DNA of 63,686 nt, filler included, from Octopus bimaculoides (Eukaryota): the NCBI RefSeq assembly GCF_001194135.2. It is 6 parts of 4 records of this genome, joined end to end, with 100 filler letters (N's around TTAATTAATTAA, not from the genome) between each part and the next. Parts side by side here need not be neighbours in the genome. Positions count along the whole stretch, not along the records: positions 40,045 to 56,966 come from NC_068983.1; positions 57,067 to 63,686 come from NC_068996.1; 4 more parts are not named here. One strand, 5' to 3'. Shown piece after piece: positions 48,973 through 63,686 of the stretch (positions are counted from its first letter, which is position 1; the number at the start of each line of letters is the position of its first letter). Under the pieces are notes generated by a model. That model did no database searches and had not been told where the DNA came from. It was given only the letters and a program-made list of their open reading frames with translations. The position numbers were made by a program, and so were the translations under genes.

Positions 48973-49978
48973 TGTATGTATGTATGTAGTCATTCATTCA
49001 TTTGAAATAAGAAGTTTGCTTTCTGACCACATGGTTCTAGGTTCAGTCCAACTGTATGGTACAGTATCATCATCGTTTATCATCATCGTCATCATCATTG
49101 TCATCATCATCATCATCATCACCACCACCACCACCTTTTACTGTGCATCTTCTGTGCCAGTATTGGCTGGATTGTTTGACAAGAACTAATGGGTCTGAAG
49201 ACAGCATCATGCTCCGGAGTCTGCTTTGGTATAATGTCTATGGCTGGATGTTCTTCCTAATACCGCTTTCCAGTGTTTGTATTTTGAATTGACATTTATA
49301 TATACTGTATATATATATATGGTTCAAATGTACAAAAAACAAAAGGCAGAGATAGGTGAGGGAACAACAAACAAGTTTGACTCTTGGAAAAAATGGAGCC
49401 TACCCATTTTAATGAAAAGAGAAGAGGAGAGAACTGGAGAGAGGGGGAAGAAATGGGGAGGATGAAAAAGAAACATGTTGGGATTAAGGTTCTATATGTT
49501 GAAATGACCGGAAGGAAGAGGTCAGTGGAAGGGGAGATAGCTGTGACCTTGCTAAACTGGAGCACACAAGCACATGTGTGTATATGAGGGTGGTATATGT
49601 GAGTGTATATGTGTGTGTGTCTGAGTACATGTGTATGTATGTGTGGGCAAGCATAAGATTATGTAAAACTGTGTCTGCATATGGGAGCATGTGTGTGTAT
49701 GTGATGTGTGAAGCGATGGGGTGATGTGTGCTCCCTGTATTTATGTGCGTGTGAGGGCATGTGTGTATGTATGGGAGTGTGTAAGGCTGTGTATAGTATG
49801 TGCGTGAATCTATCAGATGTGTGTGTTTGTGCAAATGCATGTATGTAGCAGCTAATGTATGCATGTGTGAATAGCATATGTGCATGTGTGTGTGTGTGTT
49901 TATGTATCAGGTGTGTGCTTGTCACACTGTTGTGTATTGTGTGTGTTGGTACTTATGGGAGCAACTGTCTTTGAAAAC

Positions 49979-50039
49979 TCATATTGTCATTCAATGCTCG
50001 AAATGAAGAGTAGATAGACAGCCAACAACTGATGAAAGG
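49979..50039 (+). ncRNA. Permuted hammerhead motif, copy 5
   Basis: TCA-TA-TTGT-8nt-GCTC-GAAA-TGA-AGAGTAGATA..-ACAA-CTGATGA-AAGG; linker start shared with copy 2. Confidence 0.55.
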
Positions 50040-50494
50040 TCATATATAATGCTTACACCTTACCTTTCCTTAAAAGTGAAAGGTTGATTGCCCCCTTATA
50101 CTTTGAACCACTTGATAAGAGACAAAATCAGAAACAGAATTCTACCTAGAATTAATTACTAGCCTGCTAGCCTTGGCTATGTCAAGATGGATTTTTATGT
50201 ATTCTTCTGCCCACTTAAATTTTAAATGTTGCCACAATAGTAATATGTTCATTCTGCTGTAATTTTCTACATTCTTATGCAGCTGAAGATTGCTCTTCAT
50301 TTTGCATTTAATGTAATGCTTGCATTACTTAAATAAATGGAGTAGCATGAAATATGTGTACTGCAATAACCTTTAAAATCCGTGTTGCTTTTTTGATTTT
50401 TGATCACCTTGTTTTTGGAATTGTTTGGGTAATACCATACTATATTCTGGTGTCTAAACTTAAGTACCACATTCAATTTTGAATCTAAATCTTT

Positions 50495-50725
50495 TATATA
50501 TATGTGTGTGTGTGTGTGTGTGTTTGTGTGTCTGTGTTTCTCCCCCCACTTGACAACCGATGTTGGTGTGTTTACATCACCATAACATAGCAGTTTGGCA
50601 TAAGAGACCAATAGAATAAGTACTAGGCTTACAAAGAATAAGTCCTGGGGTCGATTTGCTCGACCAAAGGTGGTGCTCCAGCATGGCCATACTCAAATGA
50701 CTGAAACAAATAAAACAATAAAAGA
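50495..50725 (+). mobile_element. SINE family A, 3' half
   Basis: Matches 890-1110. Confidence 0.85.
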
Positions 50726-50799
50726 TTATAAAATGAAAGAAGGAAAATGCACACAGTTTACATAGTCTTAATATATTTTTTGATATATTTTATAAATGA

Positions 50800-51830
50800 A
50801 AGAGTATTGTGTTTGTCAGTCGGTTTCGCTTTCACTCATGACATTGAGATTATTGTCATTTTCTTAAGAAGATTTTAGTCAATGTTCTTGACAGAAAGTT
50901 TGTGAATGAATCAATAAGTAGAAAAATCTAAGGGGAGGTAATTGGTGATTGATATTATTCGGGACAGGGGAGGTAATTGCTCAATTTTTGTGGGGAGGGA
51001 GGATAAATGAATATAAAAAACTCAAAAGCTAAAGTAGTGAGATGAAATATGTACACTGATGGGTATGTGATCATGAAGTAAAATATATACTGAGACCAAA
51101 GTTGGTTATACATTCATATTTAGGTGTTCTGTATTTTTCGATGAATAAATTTTCTTTATTTAAACGTTCTTGTACAAAAATTGTTTCTTTGCGCTAGTAG
51201 ATGGGGAAAATCTGTGAAAACTGAAGTTTGGTTGGATATTACCTGCACATTTCTGTATGTGATCACTCAAAGGAATATGTTTGTACTGCAGGAACCGGAT
51301 CTGTTCCTTATGTAGTGTGGTTCTCTATCTCAGTGTCATACTTGTTTGTCCTATATAGTTATGTTGACAACCTGAACCAGTTATAACATAAATTAGTTTC
51401 TCGGAAGCACAAGTGATGTTGGTTTTAATTGTGAACCTCTCTCCTTGTTTGAATAGGAATTCTGAGCCTTCCAGTAGGTTGGGGGTATATTTCGTTGTTT
51501 GGAGTTCCACATTTTTTAACCGTTGGTTTCATGGTTGTTGTGTAAAGCTTTTGCATTTGTTAGAAGTCTTTTCAGCAGTTTGTGTTGCGTTTTGCCATTG
51601 ATGAATTTATGTATTTACAGCATCTTGTTCGTTTCTGGGTCCCAAGTGAGCATAGGTAGATTTTGTACAATAGTGTTGCATGCCTCATTGTTTCTAGGAT
51701 TGTGGGTTGATATATATGGTAGTGTTTTGAAATGAACTGTTACATTTTGTTACCCTTAGTGTTTTAATGCCTAATTTCTGAGCTTAATTCCATCACAAGG
51801 GGTGGATATCGTTTTTCAGTTAGTGTTGTC
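50800..51830 (-). mobile_element. Penelope-like element relic (RT linker plus GIY-YIG endonuclease)
   Basis: LPYISTHNPRN..LKRLLTNAK; FTIKTNITCASEKLIYVITGSGCQHNYIGQTSMTLR*RTTLHKEQIR. Confidence 0.88.
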
Positions 51831-52226
51831 AGGAAAATTCACTAAATATTGGGAGGTTTAGCATTTGTAGCAAGATCGATGATTTCAGTTGTGAAGATCT
51901 TTGATAAAGAGCCCTGCGAAGAGAATACTTTTCTATTGACTTTATACATACTTCTTCTTATGTTATATGAACTTAAGATATTTTGCAAGATTTATATATC
52001 ATTAAGTTTCTCCCAATTTCCATCAAGGGCAGTGAGTGAGCAAAGTTGTTAGTGCATTAGACAGAATGTTTTGCAATATATGTTCTGGCTCTACACACAG
52101 GTTTCAAATCTTGCCAAGTTCAAACTTTGTCAAACTTAATTGAACAAATTAAGTACCAAACATATTGCTGGTGTTGATCTGCATCTCTCCCTAAATATCT
52201 ATTTACTTATGTCTCTCTCTTCTTCT

Positions 52227-52269
<43 letters not shown>

Positions 52270-52277
52270 GTTTTATG

Positions 52278-52348
<71 letters not shown>

Positions 52349-52887
52349 CTGCCTGTCTGTCTGTTTATCTATCTATCTATCTATATCTATCTATCTATAC
52401 ACACACACATCCAAATTTAGAGAGTGCAGTTGATAAAATCCAGACTACATGTGTTTCGTTGCTAGCACAATCTTAGAATTAGTAATTACTCAAATTAGGG
52501 GTAATTTGCTTGCTACTCGTAAGACCATGATCAAATCTTCTGTGAGTTAACATAGGATCCCTTGATGACAATATGACCCTCATTTGACTAAAGTATCTTT
52601 GGCCTGATGTGTAGCTAGTGGATTACCCCACATTTGGGTAATTACTACTTCTAAGGTTCTGCTTGCTATGAAATATATGAAACCTGGATTTTTTTCTACT
52701 CTATTCCCTAACATTGGATTTCTGTTCTCATACACAAGCTTATCAAACTTTGATATGAGAAAAACTTACAACCTTCTATGTCAATAAACCACTGCTGTTC
52801 CTGAAAGTTGTTTTTTATACCTTGTTCGGACTGCTTGAAGCTTACTAACTTCCTACACTTTGATCCTTAGATCTTACATTTACATAT

Positions 52888-52955
<68 letters not shown>

Positions 52956-53127
52956 GTATACACACACACACACACATATATATAGTTCACAGATGAAATG
53001 CAGGTATTCTCCATTTAGAAGACATTTAGTAGTGCTCAAAAGATTCAAACTTAGACTCCAATGTCCTTACAGGGGATCATTCTACAAGGTAAAGAAAGGC
53101 TATAGGAGGGATCAGGTTGAGTGGGTA

Positions 53128-53533
53128 TAGAAGCAATTATGCAAATAAACAAGTTAGACATCTCAAATATATCAAACATATTAAATACATCAAATACTGA
53201 TATTATATGCATCAAATATGTATATATGTATACATGCAAAACAAGAAAAAGCAAAAGGTGGAAACTTTCACATGATAAATTTGTGTCTATAACTATATAG
53301 ATATTTTTATTATTAGGTGTGACTTACACAGAGTACAAATGACAGAAAATTAAAGGGCTGAATTGCTGAGCCCACAGAAACAGCTGTCTGTTGGACTTAT
53401 AATACCTTTCTTCCACTCTTCAATTTTCTCTGTCATTTGTACTCTGTGTAGGTTAGGCCTACTAATATTTATATATTTATACTTAAAAATTCATCATGTG
53501 AAATTTTCCACCTTTTACTTTCTCTTGTTTTGC

Positions 53534-53585
<52 letters not shown>

Positions 53586-53649
53586 TGTGTATTTGATGTA
53601 TTAAATATATTTGATGTGTATAACTTGTTCATCTGTATAATTGCATCTA
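53128..53649. repeat. About 520-bp foldback (about 230-bp arms, 62-nt spacer)
   Basis: 53128-53355 is the reverse complement of 53418-53649; 22-bp perfect core TACACAGAGTACAAATGACAGA. Confidence 0.9.
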
Positions 53650-54246
53650 GATATATATAACTGTAATCAGACATGGAAATGATTGCGTTTCAGCCCAAAG
53701 CATACCATATGCTATGATGGGACCCCTGCAGCTTTGCAAGAAAGGAAAGAATTTCCATTAACAATAGAACAAACAGTTATTGTTTGTAACAATAACTTCA
53801 ATGAATTAAGTCATGAGCTAGTTTATAGTTAAATTGATTAATGATATAATTGGTATATATAGATTTTTATTTATCTATTCATTTTTTTAAAGTTTAGTTC
53901 CACTCCTAATTACATAATCTGTAGTATGGTATTGTATGCTTCATAAGATCTTTATCACAGCCTTAGCATGCTGGACTAGGGAATGGGGAATGCCAAGTTT
54001 CAAGTTCTGGATGGATGTTTCTTGTGTATTTCTGAATTTGATGACAGAAATATCAGTAATGTAATGTGATGTGATGTGATATATGTACTTAGATTTATGA
54101 GAAATAAGACTAGTGCTATGAGTCACTGTTTGTGTCTATTTAGTTGTGTGCTTCTGTTTCATTTACTAATTAATTAACTTTAGAGATAGCTAACGATTAT
54201 TCACTTTGCATGAAGATTATATGACACTAATCACTGATGCTTTGAA

Positions 54247-54283
<37 letters not shown>

Positions 54284-55379
54284 NNNNNNNNNNNNNNNNN
54301 NNNNNNNNNNNNNNNNNNNNNNNNNNNNNNNNNNNNNNNNNNNNNNNNNNNNNNNNNNNNNNNNNNNNNNNNNNNNNNNNNNNATACATATATAAAGTTC
54401 CTGTACATACTTGCATGAATAATACTGGTGTTTAAAATAGGTGTTCATGTAAACATATTTGCATATAAATGGCTCTGTATCAGTCTGTTGATGTCTGTGT
54501 TATTGTCAGTTAATTATAAATAAAATCAGTTAATACACTAATTTATGTACTTTTCCTATGGCAAAGTCTCCATAAGAAAGAAAAAAAAAACAAATAAGTT
54601 GTAGAATTCTTTTTTCCAAAGAGTATTTAAATTTGCAGAACAATTGTTCTCTTGAAATTATTTACATTTAAGAATAGAAAAGAAAGGAAGAAAAAAAATC
54701 AGATCAACTTCATGGAAGTAATTATACATTATACATCTAAATGAATTCACATTTTCCTGCAGATTGAAAAATATAGTTTAACTATTTCTTTTAGAAATAA
54801 AAAAAAATATTTTAAAAAAAAATGTTTTGGTGCTGATTTTAAAACTACTGTAAAAATTTACAATCACATATACTTTATATCAAATAAGAGAATAAAGAAG
54901 GAAATTTAATCTATCTTTTTATTATAACATCATAAGTTATAGTAATAAACATTCTTATTTAAAAATGATGATCTAAATCTCTTATCCTAATACTACACTG
55001 TAAATTATTCAAATGTATAAAATACCAAAAGAAAATCAGAGGACAAATTATGTTTAATACCTGATTGAAATTTGGATATACATAGATTTACACAGAATTT
55101 TAGGCATTGGTTAACCATTATGTTATCTCATTCAACATAGCATTTCTTCAATATGTATATTTACATTAAGTAACGATCTGGAGAAGAAGTACTTAGTACA
55201 AACATAGAGTGTAATACTTCATTTATAATGATCTGGTGGTCTTCTTTGCTGGAGATCTACTTCTTCAGACAAGTGAAACTAGAGGAAAAGATGGTCATCT
55301 GTGTATCACATTTAATGTCATATACACTGTTGACAAGCATGTTATTGCAGATGTCATCTTAGACAAAATCTCTTATAGA

Positions 55380-56400
55380 CACGCTGTGTTTAAAAAATTA
55401 AATATATATCAGAGAGTAACAAAAGATCATCCCAGGGGTGAATAGTGAGAATTCCAGATGCATGCTGGGTTTTGTCAATGACATACTTTCACAACCAGCC
55501 ACATGCCTAGATGAGATCTGTCACCTCCAATGTAGGAAATTGTAAATAATACATTAACCAGGCTAAATGATAATCCATTTTATGCAGCCATCTATGTATC
55601 ATACTTAATGTATATACACCTTGAAGGCAAGTTACTGTAGTTTTCGTTTGAGAAGAATCCCTTATTCATCTGCTATTTGTGAAAACACAATATATTTTGG
55701 AGAGAGAATCTTTGGGACAATGAAATGCCAATGATTTGAGGATTGGTATAGCTCTCAAAACCAAAGTTTACTGGTAAATTTGCAAGTATTTTCTATGTAT
55801 AGATCACTGCATATCTTTCCTGTCTTCCCTCTGGGGAATGATGTTTTAATACCTTTATCTTTTCCAACTAGCTTAATTGTTGAATAGGTGATCTTTGTGA
55901 AGCATCATTGGATTGCTTCTAGACCTGCTGTTAGTTTCATATTATTTGGTGACCATAGTTCTGAGCAGTATTTCTGGTGAATGAGGATAAATGTTATCCA
56001 CCAAAGCAACATAATCTCCTGCTCTCTCAAACTGAATGATCTTAGTATTTATCCTTCCATCTGTTGAACATCATTGCAGTACATTGTTGTACATGAAAAG
56101 ATACATCTATACACAGATTTATCCCCAGGTCACAAACTAACAAGGATTTGGAAATTTCTGTCCCTCCAGATCATTTGTATCCTGCTTGTGAAAGATTTTC
56201 AGGCTGATAGCAAAGAGATCAGAATTTTCCAGTATTAAATTGCATGTTATTTTCTTCAGCTAACTTGTATATCGCATTAAAGTCTAACTGTAAGTTTGCA
56301 GCATTACCAGGATTCCCTATTATCCAAGATATTTTTTCATCATCAACATAACTAGTAAAAGCAGCTATTTATATACCTGCAGGCACGCCTGATAAAGTCA
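55380..56400 (-). mobile_element. CR1/L2-type LINE RT and 3' remnant, heavily decayed
   Basis: FTSYVDDEKI..LQLDFNAIYKLAEENNMQFNTGKF..VCDLGI; same family as 28130-28411. Confidence 0.85.
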
Positions 56401-57201
56401 CCTCGAACAGCTTATATATTAACATGGATAAATATGGATGCATGCATATGGACATAGAAAAGAAAATGCATCTAAGTGGTAGAATCATCAGAGCATTGGA
56501 CAGATTGCCTTGTGGTATTGATTCTGATTCTCTCTGCTCTGCATTCAATTACAGTTGAGGTTGACTTTGCCTTTTATTCTTTCAGGGTTAATAAAAAAAA
56601 TATATCCAGCTGAGATGGTGGAGTGGCATAATAATTAGAGCATCAGATGAAAAGTCTTGTGTTAGTTGTTCTGGTTCTTTGCTCATCAACACTTTGGTGA
56701 ATTTTAATTCAAAATTCTATCCAGATATTAAAGACCAAAGCAAATCAGTCAATTATCAGATCCCTCCACTGGCTACAATTGGTTAGTGTGAGTAGATAGC
56801 TCTATCATTATTATAGATGAACCAGCAACAATCTGCTGTAGCTTTCACATAGAAATGGATAGACAACAACTCAAAATAGAAAACACACATGCACACACTG
56901 ACTAGTATGTATGTATGTATGTATGTATGTATGTATGTATGTATGTATATATATATATATATATATNNNNNNNNNNNNNNNNNNNNNNNNNNNNNNNNNN
57001 NNNNNNNNNNTTAATTAATTAANNNNNNNNNNNNNNNNNNNNNNNNNNNNNNNNNNNNNNNNNNNNGAGCATTGAGATCGATGTAATCGACTAAACCCCT
57101 CTCCCGAAATTGCTGGCCTTATGCCGCAACGACAACAAAAATAATGACAAAATAAGTGGTGGAACGACTCTACGCGTAAGCAATCGTTCACTGGAATGGG
57201 G

Positions 57202-57279
57202 CGAAATCATGTCATCAAGGCAAAACCGTTCGAAATCATGTCACCAAGGCAAAACCGTTCGAAATCATGTCACCAAGGC

Positions 57280-57287
<8 letters not shown>
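57202..57287. repeat. 29-bp tandem repeat, 3 copies
   Basis: CGAAATCATGTCACCAAGGCAAAACCGTT x3, one mismatch. Confidence 0.95.
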
Positions 57288-61660
<4,373 letters not shown>

Positions 61661-61722
61661 AAAACATGTACATGATAACACATCCAATCAGTTAAGGTGA
61701 GAAGCCATGAGAGCTAGTGCCT

Positions 61723-61931
61723 AAGGCGGTGAGCAGAACATTTAGCACGCCGGACGAAATACTTGGCGGTATTTCGCCCGTTGCTACGTTCTGAGTTCAA
61801 ATTCCATCGAGGTCGACTTTACCTTTCATCCTTTCGAGATCGATAAATTAAATACCAGTGAAACACTGGATAGATGTAATCGACTCATCCTCGGCCCCAA
61901 AACGGATACCCCTGTGGCAAAATTTGAAATC
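61723..61931 (+). mobile_element. SINE family B, near full length
   Basis: AGGCGGTGAGCAGAACATTTAGCACGCC..GAGTTCAAATTCC..CCTTTCATCCTTTCG. Confidence 0.88.
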
Positions 61932-61950
61932 ATCATCATCATCATCATCA

Positions 61951-61990
<40 letters not shown>

Positions 61991-62029
61991 CATCATCAAA
62001 TTATTAAATTTGAAATCATTATTATTATT

Positions 62030-63541
62030 AGTGAGAGAGCAGTGCATGCCATCAAAGTGATACTGGGGCAAAATATACGAAGCCACCTACCCGTCTGATA
62101 AGGGTACACTAGGCACATGCATCACAACCATATGTGCGCGACATAGTGATCTCATATCAAGATAAACAGCGCATGACCTCGCAGGTGGGGCCCAGTTAGA
62201 ATTTTCTTCAGGTCGAGTAGCCCATCCCACTCAAAAGGTCTCTGAATAAGGGTTGTTTAAGGATGTCTTGCAGCGAGAATCAGTCCTTCCATTTCAGCTT
62301 TCAGTCCAGAGCTTTTGAGCCTCTCTGTCAAGCCTTTTGGGTATTGGCCACGGAGTGATTTTTCTCTCCATTCTTTCTTCAGTGTCTTTTGTAATTCTGC
62401 TCTCTTTTTGACTATCTCTGCTATGTTGTTATCTGAGGTCAATGTATTAGCGTAGTTTGTTTCTGTTATGTATTTTGTCGTCTCCTTGTATATAGAGAAA
62501 AATGCTTTCTTTCTTTCGTGTTCCTTTGTTTGTAAGTACTTTCCTAGTCCAACTGTTGTTATTTTATAACAGTTCTCTATCTGTATCATGTCACGGCCAC
62601 CATCTGAGCGGGGTAGATATATTCTGTCTACGTCTGCTTTGGGTTGGTGATTTCGGTACGCTGTTAATAGTTTTCTTGTTTTTCTGTCTAGGTTTCTCAA
62701 TTCACTCATCTTTTTATATACATAATACAGTATTATGTTAAAACTGTAAATTATGCTAAAGCTGTTAAAGCTGTAGCGAGTTTATCCCTATTATCTTATC
62801 TTTAGCATTAAGTTCAGTGTTTAATATTAGTCTAACTCTTCTGTAATACTCTCCTGATTTTCTCTTTCATTTCAGTGTATTGTATTTTAGCTGTTTCGTC
62901 TATTCCTAGTTATCTGTATGGGCGGTTGTGGTCTAATTCTCTAATTTTTGTGTCTATGTCGAGTGCAGTGTTTTCAGTGCTGATTAAATTGCCTCGTCTC
63001 AGCCCCATGCTCATTCCGATGTCCTTGCTGAAACTATGAACAATTTTTATAAGGCTTCTCTGTTCCATGGTGCTTTTAGCGAAAAGTTTTAGATCATCCG
63101 TGTACAGGAGATAGTTTATTGTTTGTTCATAGCACCTATAACCCATGGTAGTTTCGTTTAACAAGTTTGTTAGCGGGGTCAGGGAAAAGCAGAAAAGCAG
63201 GGTTGATAGTGAGTCTCCTTGGAAAATTCCCCTTCTTATGGTTTTACCAACTTGTGAGTAATTTTTTAATGTTATACTGGTTTTCCAGTTTGCCATTGCA
63301 TGTTTAATATATTTTAGTAGTGGTGCTATCTTATTTGTGTGGAGAGATTCCAGTATCCATGAGTGTGGAACACTGTCGAATGCTTCCTGGGAATCAATCC
63401 AAGTCATGTTCGGGTTTGTCTTTCTCTTCTTACAGTCCTGTATAATGGCTCGGTTTACCAGAAGTTGCTCCTTACAGCCATACATCCTTCTCTGGCACCC
63501 ATTTTGTTCTTCTGGTAAAGCATTGTTGTTTTCCAGGTGTT
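62030..63541 (-). mobile_element. R4/Dong-type LINE, 5'-truncated, RT retained, endonuclease region apparently deleted
   Basis: EEQNGC..GCKEQLL; [15 protein letters not shown]; [10 protein letters not shown]; LLYTDDLKL; EGLILAA joined directly to non-coding tail, then (TAA)n. Confidence 0.9.
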
Positions 63542-63598
63542 GTTCGATTCCAGGCAGTGACCTGACTAATAATAATGATGATGATGATGATGATGATG

Positions 63599-63686
<88 letters not shown>
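63542..63686 (+). mobile_element. Fragment of the tRNA-headed element (B box onward) plus (TAA/TGA)n running off the window
   Basis: GTTCGATTCCAGGCAGTGACCTGA identical to rc of 45256-45279. Confidence 0.75.

Overview
AT-rich, microsatellite-dense animal DNA with many N gaps. The SINE/LINE repertoire points to an octopus genome (inference, not searched). Five artificial N44-TTAATTAATTAA-N44 linkers split the window into six blocks, so linkage across them is not guaranteed. No host protein-coding gene could be identified; most listed ORFs are microsatellite or N artefacts. Recognisable coding remnants all come from transposons: a DD37D/maT transposon, a mariner fragment, CR1/L2-, R4/Dong-, RTE- and Tx1/L1-type LINEs, and a GIY-YIG Penelope-like element. 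At least three tRNA-derived SINE families and several MITEs/foldbacks are present. The most notable signals are RNA-level. (1) Five dispersed copies of a hammerhead-ribozyme motif have the three catalytic strands in a non-canonical order (cleavage strand, then GAAA strand, then CUGAUGA strand), with covarying stems I and III. (2) A decayed, tightly linked Pol III cluster reads 5S rRNA - tRNA-Asp(GTC) - tRNA-Ala-like. (3) A tRNA-headed element carries a canonical minimal hammerhead. (4) A 262-bp-period duplication holds a 5S relic and a hammerhead-like core. A length-conserved 31-bp minisatellite, long foldbacks and a CpG-depleted 17-kb block are also noted. All alignments and counts were done by hand.
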